Shown one piece after another: positions 8,892 through 15,945 of a DNA stretch of 64,000 nt; positions within the stretch are counted from its first letter, which is position 1; the number at the start of each line of letters is the position of its first letter. The translations under genes were made by a program, and so were the position numbers. This DNA is from a virus (lineage: Duplodnaviria; Caudoviricetes): the IMG/VR virus record IMGVR_UViG_3300005611_000001. The stretch is one strand, 5' to 3'. Under the pieces are notes generated by a model. The model saw nothing but the letters and a program-made list of their open reading frames with translations. It was not told the DNA's origin and searched no databases.

Positions 8892-9330
8892 TTGAAATTT
8901 CCTTCTCCGGCTGCTCTTCTTCGTGTGCGAGCCATGCAGCTTTTGCCTCTGGACCGATTAGCCCATCGTAGGGGCAGGGTGTCCCGGCATTCATCATGGC
9001 GTCGAACACACGCTTATCCTGGCACATCGTAGAGACGGCGGCAACTTTCATACCCATATCATAGAGCGTCTTTGCGTTCTTGAGGCGCTCGCAGTTCATG
9101 TCTCGTACAGTTGCGCCTGCACTGAGACCAAGAATTTGTGTCTGGACTGCGCCTGCCACTCCGACTGTGCAAAGATCCGAATTACTGAAGTTCATTGTCG
9201 GAATGATTGCGGACGGAGGCGGACTCTCTACGGTTGTCCGAACTGTACTATCTGTTGTGGCCTCCGTCACGATGGGCGCTTCTTGTGCGAGAGCGGTAAT
9301 CGGAAGAAGAAGTAAAATTAGTTTTTTCAT
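8824..9330 (-). CDS. exported protein with Cys-flanked Gly-rich hairpin and C-terminal TM anchor
   Basis: MKKLILLLLPITALA; SPPPSAI..DLC...DMNCERLK...MCQD...GTPCP; hydrophobic C-terminus. Confidence 0.75.
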   Translation of the reverse strand: MKKLILLLLPITALAQEAPIVTEATTDSTVRTTVESPPPSAIIPTMNFSNSDLCTVGVAGAVQTQILGLSAGATVRDMNCERLKNAKTLYDMGMKVAAVSTMCQDKRVFDAMMNAGTPCPYDGLIGPEAKAAWLAHEEEQPEKEISNGKKTAFGGIGIASLLALLLAI

Positions 9331-9364
9331 AATTTGTTTTGGGGGTGGTCCTATCATGTATCAA

Positions 9365-9393
9365 ATTATAAGGGGTTGTGGGGCGGTTGTCAA
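9365..9393 (-). promoter_or_regulatory. consensus sigma70 promoter for exported-protein operon
   Basis: TTGACA-17-TATAAT. Confidence 0.85.
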
Positions 9394-9491
9394 GGATTGT
9401 TTTTGCTTGGGTTCGGTTTTGTAGGCTATAGCGCCTTTTTGGAAGAAGAATTTCTTGCGTGTTACACGTGTGGGTGTGTGGCGAGCAACTA

Positions 9492-9510
9492 AATGAGAAT
9501 GAGTCTCATT
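9492..9510. promoter_or_regulatory. Fur-box-like inverted repeat
   Basis: AATGAGAAT-G-AGTCTCATT (9-1-9, one mismatch). Confidence 0.45.
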
Positions 9511-9537
9511 ACCGCCCCCCGTTATAATATATAACTA

Positions 9538-9564
9538 GCCCCCGTTATATATTATAACGGGGGC
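9538..9564. repeat. 12-bp-arm inverted repeat near putative genome end
   Basis: GCCCCCGTTATA-TAT-TATAACGGGGGC; a partial copy lies immediately upstream (~9516-9535). Confidence 0.85.
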
Positions 9565-9797
9565 GCGTTATTACTTGCGGTAATCACGCCTTATATATGT
9601 AACTAGATGCCCTTTATAATAATAAGAACGCCATGCTACAACGGGCGACTTATAATAATAAGCGTTAGTTATTAGGCGCATTATTTTCTCCAAATAATCG
9701 GATCAGTTATAATTGCGTAAACAAGCGCGCCTAGGGGGATTAAAACCATAATAGCCATAATAATATAAAGCATATTTAAACCCTGTTATAAGGCGCC

Positions 9798-10418
9798 TTA
9801 TAAGGCGCCTTTATTATATAGAAACTGCGCAATAGGTAATTCATAATCACGCGCATCTTCCAAAGCTGTATGCGGCTCCGCTTCTAATTGTTCGCCTATA
9901 ATATAGCGCGCTACATTGTCGGCGGTCATTTTAGGCTTACCCGTTTTAGTTAACGCATTATTAGCATGGCAATATTTAATATAATTCGCGTCATTACTAA
10001 AATAAGCGCGAGCCTTTTGAAGCAAACAAAAACGCTTTCTGAATAATCCTAAATTAATATCTGTCGCCATACACTTTGGATAATCAAAAGAGATATTAAA
10101 TGCGGTGACTGCCGGATTATAGCGCCCCACATTTTTAGATAACCAAATATTAATTAAATGATTAGATGCAATAGAACGCGAACCGGATTCAATGCGTGAC
10201 ATATAATGTTTACGGCGTGCCCTAACATTTTGAATTGACCAAAACTCGCCAGGCTTAGAATGGGGATTGGACCATAATTCCATTTTATCAAACTGATTAT
10301 ATATAAGCGTTCCAATTTCATCTAATACTTCACCGGAATTTAAATCGGCAATTACTGCTCCGAAATCGGCAACAGTATTCCCCGAGGTTGTTTCCGTATC
10401 CACTAAACAGATAATCAT
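9798..10418 (-). CDS. DEDDh 3'-5' exonuclease
   Basis: ExoI VDTETT, ExoII AFNISFD, ExoIII HTALEDA. Confidence 0.85.
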   Translation of the reverse strand: MIICLVDTETTSGNTVADFGAVIADLNSGEVLDEIGTLIYNQFDKMELWSNPHSKPGEFWSIQNVRARRKHYMSRIESGSRSIASNHLINIWLSKNVGRYNPAVTAFNISFDYPKCMATDINLGLFRKRFCLLQKARAYFSNDANYIKYCHANNALTKTGKPKMTADNVARYIIGEQLEAEPHTALEDARDYELPIAQFLYNKGAL

Positions 10419-10858
10419 TTTAAAGCCTCATTTATTAAGGTTGCATCTAGGGCGTTGATGCCCAACTCTCGGGCCATTGCTAGAACCGAGTGATTGTCAT
10501 CATAGAACGTAACGCCGCGCAGGTCCACTCCCAAGGAAAGCAGTTTTTCTCGCTTCAATTCTGCATCCGAACGATTGTCCCCTTCACTGCGCGCCAGAAT
10601 TACTGGCGCTTCTAGGCCATGCTTGCGAAGGTATGCCCTGTCAGCATCACCTAAAACTCGAGCGGTACATATTGCCACCTGCTTATCCGTGGCGAGAGCA
10701 TGGCGCATGAGGCGAGCCAGGGGAAGCAGCGAATCCTGCTCAATTTTTTCCGGCGTGGAATGTTCGCGCCATGCGTCTAGGTCCAGGGAACCATCGGGGC
10801 ACGCCAGCTGGCGATGGCGAGAGCAAACCACGGTCCCATCTAAATCAAAAATAAGCAT
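10415..10858 (-). CDS. dmp: T5 Dmp-like deoxynucleoside-5'-monophosphatase (HAD); start corrected to ATG 10858
   Basis: IFDLDGTVVCSRHR...DGSLDL...QDSLLPL...ICTARV...YLRKHGL...YDDNHSVL; GGAG RBS before 10858. Confidence 0.8.
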   Translation of the reverse strand: MLIFDLDGTVVCSRHRQLACPDGSLDLDAWREHSTPEKIEQDSLLPLARLMRHALATDKQVAICTARVLGDADRAYLRKHGLEAPVILARSEGDNRSDAELKREKLLSLGVDLRGVTFYDDNHSVLAMARELGINALDATLINEALK

Positions 10859-11055
10859 TATATTAGGCTCCAGTAGCCAACAATGGAAACAATATTTAGG
10901 CCCACCAAATTCCAAGCCCGGAGCCTGGCTGCTTGCGTGGTGAGTAGGGCGAGCCCTACGCAAGCGAGCCAGTAACCCCTGACCCCTGGCATATGGTAGG
11001 GAGCGAGGGCGAGCGCGCAAGCGCCCACCCACCCCATAACGTTATCCCAGCGCAT
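10858..11055 (-). CDS. small membrane protein
   Basis: Mostly hydrophobic 65 aa, coupled to dmp. Confidence 0.6.
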   Translation of the reverse strand: MRWDNVMGWVGACALALAPYHMPGVRGYWLACVGLALLTTQAARLRAWNLVGLNIVSIVGYWSLI

Positions 11056-11341
11056 TGAAAAGCGCTCCCAGGCTTTCTTTAGTAGCCTTTTCCAAGCCGG
11101 GAAGGCTAACGCCTAGCCTGTCAGAAATGGCTCGCACGATATCTTCCTTCGATTGAACCGGCGAGCCGTCCTTGCTACGCTTTGCTGCGCGCTCGTATTG
11201 AATACCGGCGCGAACTGCTGCAGCAATAATGGCACGCGGCTTTTCCCCGAATTGTTCGGCGATAGCCGTAGCTTTCGCCATATCCAAGGGCGCAGCTGCT
11301 ACCATAGCAGCCATCACCTCACCTTCAAACTTGCTAGCCAT
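11042..11341 (-). CDS. T5 A2-like DNA-binding protein, copy 1
   Basis: IAEQFGEKPRAIIAAA...SKEDIV...GLEKATKESL; pre-early position next to dmp. Confidence 0.65.
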   Translation of the reverse strand: MASKFEGEVMAAMVAAAPLDMAKATAIAEQFGEKPRAIIAAAVRAGIQYERAAKRSKDGSPVQSKEDIVRAISDRLGVSLPGLEKATKESLGALFNALG

Positions 11342-11384
11342 ATTGAAACTCCTTAATTGAAACGTTTTCCTTTACTGCCCGAGC

Positions 11385-11413
11385 ATTATGGCCCCCGAGA
11401 GCGAGAAAGGCAA
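11385..11413 (-). promoter_or_regulatory. promoter for A2-like/dmp/exonuclease unit
   Basis: TTGCCT-17-CATAAT. Confidence 0.65.
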
Positions 11414-11469
11414 GGTTTTTATCATTGAAATTTTCGATGATAAAAGCGCTTTTCATCGAAAAAAACTGC

Positions 11470-11765
11470 TTGACAGCCCGGCACCAAAAAATGTTATAAT
11501 GGAAATAGCGGCTTCGCCGCGCGCCAAAATAGCATACTTCGGAAGCTAGGTCAAGCCGAGCCGACGAATGGTCGCAAGCAATTTTCATGCCAGGTCTGTT
11601 TGTCCAATTGATTATTTGAATGGGTCCGGGCCTTTCGATAGAAAAAAACAATTGGACAAATGGGCGGGCGGGCTGCTATAATAAAGGTAGCGACCAGGGG
11701 TCGCGCCAAAATTTTACCCGCACCCCTCTTGGGAGATTTTACGCGAGCGGGCGGGGGTCTGTCAA
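11470..11765. promoter_or_regulatory. cluster of promoter-like sites with no downstream CDS
   Basis: + TTGACA-19-(TGn)TATAAT 11470-11500; + TGGACA-18-TATAAT 11653-11682; - TTGACA-18-TAAAAT 11736-11765. Confidence 0.55.
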
Positions 11766-11907
11766 TAGGTTTTTTAGTCTTTTTTGTTATATGCTTATTC
11801 CAAAATAATCCTTGACTTTTGAGATTGGCACGGTTCTTGCATAAGAGCGGGGCCTGCAATATCCATGCCAATTTCAAAAGTCAAGCCCGAGCCGACGAAC
11901 GGTCTTT

Positions 11908-11929
11908 TGCGAATGATTCTCATTCCGCA
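11908..11929. promoter_or_regulatory. Fur-box-like inverted repeat
   Basis: TGCGAAT-G-ATTCTCA-TTCCGCA directly before the tandem array. Confidence 0.4.
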
Positions 11930-11935
11930 AATTAG

Positions 11936-12070
11936 TTGCATTCAACAACTATTACATTCAACAACTATTGCATTCAACAACTATTACATTCAACAACTAT
12001 TGCATTCAACAACTATTGCATTCAACAACTATTGCATTCAACAACTATTGCATTCAACAACTATTGCATT
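11936..12070. repeat. tandem array, 8 full + 1 partial 16-bp units
   Basis: Unit TT(G/A)CATTCAACAACTA; units 2 and 4 carry A at position 3; no spacers. Confidence 0.95.
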
Positions 12071-12205
12071 TGACAATCAAATGCGCGCTTCGCGCCAAAG
12101 TGCAAAGTCAACAATCTATTGAGTTTGCGCTCCGCGCCAAAGTGCGAAAGTGATAAACCTAAAAAACGTGCCGCAGGCACCAAAGTGCGAAACCTAGCCC
12201 ATTAT

Positions 12206-12235
12206 ATTGTACCACGAAAGCACGCGCGTTGTCAA
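12206..12235 (-). promoter_or_regulatory. promoter firing toward the 16-bp array
   Basis: TTGACA-18-TACAAT. Confidence 0.6.
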
Positions 12236-12278
12236 GAAAAACTTTCGATGTCTCTCGACAGACGGTCGAAAATTTTTC

Positions 12279-12307
12279 TTGCTTTTTTGCTCGGCCCTCC
12301 GTATAAT
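12279..12307 (+). promoter_or_regulatory. promoter for A2-like copy 2
   Basis: TTGCTT-17-TATAAT. Confidence 0.75.
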
Positions 12308-12365
12308 ATCTTTTCAAACATAGGGGAAGCAATGGGCATCCCCGGAGACTCTAGGAAAAACTATT

Positions 12366-12662
12366 ATGGCATCTCGTTTCGACGACGCAGTACTCGCAGC
12401 AATGCAGGCAGCAGCTCCTCTCAACCTGGAAAAAGCAGAAGCACTTGCTGAGCAGTTTGGTGAAAAGCCGCGTGCTATTATCGCTGCCGCAGTTCGTGCT
12501 GGCATTCAATATGAGCGCAAGGCTCGTATGTCCAAGAATGGCGGTCCGGCTGTCTCGAAGGAGGACCTGGTTGCGCAGATTTCGGAGAAGGTTGGCGCTA
12601 ACCTGTCCGGGCTTGAGAAAGCTACGAAGCAGTCGCTACAGGCCCTTCTCTCAGCCGTGTAG
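12366..12662 (+). CDS. T5 A2-like DNA-binding protein, copy 2
   Basis: Shares an identical 24-aa block AEQFGEKPRAIIAAAVRAGIQYER with copy 1. Confidence 0.7.
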   Translation: MASRFDDAVLAAMQAAAPLNLEKAEALAEQFGEKPRAIIAAAVRAGIQYERKARMSKNGGPAVSKEDLVAQISEKVGANLSGLEKATKQSLQALLSAV

Positions 12663-12670
12663 TCCGAACC

Positions 12671-12698
12671 AAGCCGGGGCAACTGCCCCGGCTTTTTT
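12671..12698 (+). terminator. rho-independent terminator
   Basis: AAGCCGGGGC-AACT-GCCCCGGCTT + T-tract. Confidence 0.85.
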
Positions 12699-12802
12699 AT
12701 GCTTTACAAAAATGGGCAGCGTAGCTGCGCCAAATAAAGTGCGAAAGCTAACTGAAATTTGCGCGCCTGCGCCGAACCGCACGTTCTCCCCCATTTTCAT
12801 AT

Positions 12803-12831
12803 ATTATACGCGGGCCGGCAAGGTTTGTCAA
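12803..12831 (-). promoter_or_regulatory. consensus promoter antisense to A2-like copy 2
   Basis: TTGACA-17-TATAAT on minus strand, no credible CDS downstream. Confidence 0.7.
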
Positions 12832-12985
12832 GGCTTATTTTCGGTTGTCTCGGGGTAAGCCGGGGCGGGGCAACATAATTTTTGAAAATTTAGTTTAATT
12901 GCAAATAATTCTTGACAATTTTAGGTCGTGTGTGGCCCCCCGAAATACAGTGCGTTCTGCTTCCGACATACCCCGAAAATAAATC

Positions 12986-13014
12986 TTGACTCCAAAGACT
13001 CCTTTGCGTATAAT
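12986..13014 (+). promoter_or_regulatory. early promoter
   Basis: AAAATAAATC-TTGACT-17-TATAAT. Confidence 0.85.
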
Positions 13015-13045
13015 ATGCGCATACTTTGGAAAAGCGGAGAAGATT

Positions 13046-13189
13046 ATGACGAAGGCCCAGTTAGATATGCTAACGGCTTATTACGGTATGGTTCAGGACG
13101 GCTGCTCCAAAGAGCAAGCCCTAAGCTATATTCTGCTCATGAAGTTTGATGCCAAAGATGTGGTGTGGCTTGTGGAGAAAGTAAAATGA
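13046..13189 (+). CDS. hypothetical early protein (start corrected)
   Basis: GGAG RBS before ATG 13046; ORF-track start is the -35 box. Confidence 0.6.
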   Translation: MTKAQLDMLTAYYGMVQDGCSKEQALSYILLMKFDAKDVVWLVEKVK

Positions 13190-13449
13190 AGCGTCCTACT
13201 CGAAAGCAGTTAAACGGTTACTCTTTGAGTGAGCTTAAAACTATGCTCAAACGAGCAGGCCACAAAGTTCCTCGAAACCTAGAGCGAGAGGCATATGTCA
13301 CTGAATGTGATGGGCGTTTGTTTCGGTGGCGTTGGTGGGCGGAAGAATTCGTAGTTGATCGCAGCGAGCCTATTGAAGATTTCGACCGTTGGGCAAATAG
13401 TGTAGAGGGTAGTTTCCCGGTTAGTTCGTTATTTGGAGAAAAAGCATGA
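13186..13449 (+). CDS. hypothetical early protein
   Basis: Coupled start/stop, GGAG RBS. Confidence 0.6.
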   Translation: MKRPTRKQLNGYSLSELKTMLKRAGHKVPRNLEREAYVTECDGRLFRWRWWAEEFVVDRSEPIEDFDRWANSVEGSFPVSSLFGEKA

Positions 13450-13799
13450 TTGTACGAGTAATGTTTGACGCAGCTGACGCGCAGTTCTCTTTCTTTCAGC
13501 CGATGGAATGGACGGAGAAAGTGCGTCGGCATCGTGAGTCGCTGATTGATGCAGGCGAGCTGAATGAAATTGTAGCTGAGCAGTTGTACGACTTTGAAGT
13601 TGTCGAGATGTTCTATGGCGATGAAGTGTTTACTGATGCTTTCCATGTTGAGCGCAACACCAACTACATGATGTTCTTTGATCAAGAGACGAATGATCTC
13701 AATGTTTTCACGCTACATGAGTGGGATAATGTGCTGCAAGAGTTGGCCGACGAAGATGCTGATATGAATCAAATTTTCTATGCGCCTCTGATTGTCTAA
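13446..13799 (+). CDS. hypothetical acidic early protein
   Basis: ATGA overlap with upstream gene. Confidence 0.65.
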   Translation: MIVRVMFDAADAQFSFFQPMEWTEKVRRHRESLIDAGELNEIVAEQLYDFEVVEMFYGDEVFTDAFHVERNTNYMMFFDQETNDLNVFTLHEWDNVLQELADEDADMNQIFYAPLIV

Positions 13800-13802
13800 G
13801 GA

Positions 13803-13988
13803 GTGATGAATATGGTTGAGCAGAGAATAACTTGGACATACCAGTACGGAAATGAAAAAGTCGTCTTTAAGTTTAACATGGATGACAAGACTCACAAAGA
13901 AGTGTTTATGAAATGGGTTGACTTCATGAACGCTATCGGTTATACCGTAGATCCGACTGAAATGGAAGCAATGTGGAATGGTGAGTAA
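13803..13988 (+). CDS. hypothetical early protein
   Basis: AAGGAG RBS. Confidence 0.6.
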   Translation: MMNMVEQRITWTYQYGNEKVVFKFNMDDKTHKEVFMKWVDFMNAIGYTVDPTEMEAMWNGE

Positions 13989-13997
13989 AAATAATTC

Positions 13998-14026
13998 TTG
14001 ACAACACACCTCCAACACCGTATAAT
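13998..14026 (+). promoter_or_regulatory. consensus early promoter
   Basis: AAAAATAATTC-TTGACA-17-TATAAT. Confidence 0.9.
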
Positions 14027-14057
14027 ATGTACATATTTTGAAATGGAGCAATACGCA

Positions 14058-14498
14058 ATGCGAGCAAAAGTTTTTTGGGAACGGTGCTGGAGTACGGAAG
14101 ATGCTCTGCTTACGGAACAGCTGGTTGACTTTGCTATTCGTTATTTTGATCTCGGCAAAGGTAAGCTAGAAGTTCTGATGGATGAGGAAATTGAAAGCGG
14201 TAGTATTGCAGAAGCTCTGAAACTCGGCAAGAAGAAGTTCATGATTGTTCTCTCAAAAAATCAGATTGACTCAGATGAAAGTCTTGCTCGCAGTGTCTTT
14301 CATGAGATGACGCATATCAAGCAGTATATGAAAGACGATTTTAAGATTGGTGCCAAGAAAGTAAGCTGGCAAGGTGAAAAATTCAATGTGAGGTCGGAGA
14401 AAGACTATTGGCTATCTCCGTGGGAAATGGAAGCACGAGCAATGGAAGAGGCTATGCTTCGATTCTGGGAGATTGATTGTGAAGAGCGTGGTGCATAA
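14058..14498 (+). CDS. HEXXH zinc metallopeptidase-like protein (start corrected)
   Basis: FHEMTHIKQY ... PWEMEAR; GGAG before ATG 14058. Confidence 0.8.
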   Translation: MRAKVFWERCWSTEDALLTEQLVDFAIRYFDLGKGKLEVLMDEEIESGSIAEALKLGKKKFMIVLSKNQIDSDESLARSVFHEMTHIKQYMKDDFKIGAKKVSWQGEKFNVRSEKDYWLSPWEMEARAMEEAMLRFWEIDCEERGA

Positions 14499-14610
14499 AG
14501 ATTGTCGGAGTCCGAAGTATCGGGCTCGAGTAGAACGCAACAAGAAAAAATATCATCGACCTGCGGAGAAACGAAATGACCGAAATGGATATGATCGTCG
14601 AGAAGATTAA
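14488..14610 (+). CDS. 40-aa basic ArfA-like peptide
   Basis: Not in ORF track: GTG start, ...HKDCRSPKYRARVERNKKKYHRPAEKR...; weak RBS. Confidence 0.4.
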   Translation: MVHKDCRSPKYRARVERNKKKYHRPAEKRNDRNGYDRRED

Positions 14611-14773
14611 TGAGCAGCTTCGTACTGCTCGTAGTAATTGTGACTTCTTTAATTATGACGAAGATATGCTAGGCTTTCTTCGTGGACGTATTGACGCGCT
14701 AATGGATGCAAAGCGCCTCGTTCGAGAAGCCCAGTTCGAGATTATGAAAAATAGTTCTTGCATGGAATACTGA
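14576..14773 (+). CDS. hypothetical protein
   Basis: GGAG RBS, operon context. Confidence 0.6.
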   Translation: MTEMDMIVEKINEQLRTARSNCDFFNYDEDMLGFLRGRIDALMDAKRLVREAQFEIMKNSSCMEY

Positions 14774-14786
14774 AAAGCCCTATAAT
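14758..14786 (+). promoter_or_regulatory. early promoter
   Basis: TTGCAT-17-TATAAT. Confidence 0.8.
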
Positions 14787-14821
14787 ATATTTTTAAATCA
14801 AAGAGCCACTGGAGGCACGAC

Positions 14822-15139
14822 ATGAGCGAAGTTAAGTACACTGAAGAAATGGTTGAGCGTATGGTCCAGCTTTACACCGCGAATCCTACTCGTGAGACGG
14901 TGGACGCGATTGCAGAGGAGTTCGACAAGCCTGCTCGTTCGATTATCGCCAAGCTCACTCGCGAAGGCGTTTACCAGGCGCAGCCCCGTACTTCTAAGAC
15001 CGGCGAGCCTGTGATTCGTAAGGAGCAGCTTGTGGCATTCATCGCAAACAAACTCGCAGTTGAGCTGCCTTCTCTTGCAAAAGCTACGAAAGCAGACCTC
15101 ACGAAGCTGGCTGCTGCTATTCAGCGAGATGTTGCATGA
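14822..15139 (+). CDS. A2-like DNA-binding protein, copy 3
   Basis: YTEEMVERMVQLY...IAEEFDKPARSIIAKLTREGVY...SKTGEPVIRKEQLV...SLAKATKADL. Confidence 0.65.
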   Translation: MSEVKYTEEMVERMVQLYTANPTRETVDAIAEEFDKPARSIIAKLTREGVYQAQPRTSKTGEPVIRKEQLVAFIANKLAVELPSLAKATKADLTKLAAAIQRDVA

Positions 15140-15384
15140 TGCTTCCTAGCACCAAGTGGACGGAACTGGGCGCTTGGGAAAACAGGCACGACACGAAAGT
15201 GTTCGTGTCTGTTTGTACTCAAGATATTGTTGACTATCTCAAGGAGCAGGGACTTTTTGCTGCCAAAAGCGATATTGTGGATGCTATCGACGAAGCCTGG
15301 GACGAGGACGACATGTCCGAGCTCTACGAAGAAATCTACGATTCGGTAGTAAAAAAGCTATCGAATAAAGTACAAAAAGTATAG
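15136..15384 (+). CDS. hypothetical acidic protein
   Basis: ATGA overlap. Confidence 0.6.
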   Translation: MMLPSTKWTELGAWENRHDTKVFVSVCTQDIVDYLKEQGLFAAKSDIVDAIDEAWDEDDMSELYEEIYDSVVKKLSNKVQKV

Positions 15385-15386
15385 TG

Positions 15387-15413
15387 AAAGGGGTGGCACT
15401 GTCCACCCTTTTT
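15387..15413 (+). terminator. rho-independent terminator
   Basis: AAAGGGTGG-loop-CCACCCTTT + T-tract. Confidence 0.8.
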
Positions 15414-15437
15414 CTTTATAGGTTCAAAAAATAAATC

Positions 15438-15466
15438 TTGACATTTTTTCTCTGCTATGGGATAAT
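15438..15466 (+). promoter_or_regulatory. early promoter
   Basis: TTGACA-17-GATAAT. Confidence 0.8.
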
Positions 15467-15491
15467 ATGTTCTTCGCGCAGGAGTATAAGT

Positions 15492-15779
15492 GTGGGCGAC
15501 ATAATAAAGTTTCCAAACTCAGCTAAAAAGCACGGGCAGCAAGCACAACAAAGACTCAATGAGTTGATTGATATTGTGCATGACTACAGTGTAAAAAACA
15601 GCGAGGCTTGGGTTAATCTTGCGATCAGTTTTACTGAATATCAGCAAGCATTTATGGCCTATGCCTACCTTGTAGGCGAAGATAACGTCGAGGAAGAATA
15701 CTGGGAACTCTTTCTTGGCGGTGAGTATAACTCCCAGGACACATTTCAGTGGGACTTTGAATATGTCTATGACTGGTGA
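15492..15779 (+). CDS. hypothetical protein (start corrected to GTG)
   Basis: AGGAG RBS; begins MGDIIKFP. Confidence 0.6.
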   Translation: MGDIIKFPNSAKKHGQQAQQRLNELIDIVHDYSVKNSEAWVNLAISFTEYQQAFMAYAYLVGEDNVEEEYWELFLGGEYNSQDTFQWDFEYVYDW

Positions 15780-15945
15780 TTATTATATGGACGGCTACGA
15801 TCTTGCTTGTGCATATGCTAACGAAGAGGATGCTCTTTCCGCTCTTCGTGCACAAGGCTACTCGCAGTCTGACATTCAAGCATTTATGGAATACCGCTAC
15901 ACTCTCGATGGGTTTTACGAGGGAGACGTAGAGGATGTCTATTAA
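15763..15945 (+). CDS. hypothetical acidic protein
   Basis: Operon context. Confidence 0.5.
   Translation: MSMTGDYYMDGYDLACAYANEEDALSALRAQGYSQSDIQAFMEYRYTLDGFYEGDVEDVY

Larger units (their letters stand above)
12091..12747 (+). repeat. dispersed GCGCCAAAGTGCRAAAG-like repeats (4 copies)
   Basis: At ~12092, ~12134, ~12177, ~12727; shorter GCGCCAAAA at 11521 and 11703. Confidence 0.7.

Noticed and set aside
11936-12070. CRISPR array
   Set aside because: 16-bp units are directly tandem with no unique spacers, and there are no cas genes
11334-12153. ORFs predicted across the promoter/repeat island
   Set aside because: They simply translate promoters and the 16-bp array, lack RBSs and show no coupling to neighbours
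12986-15491. ORF-track starts at 12986, 13998 and 15438
   Set aside because: Those TTG codons are the -35 boxes of promoters; RBS-supported starts lie downstream
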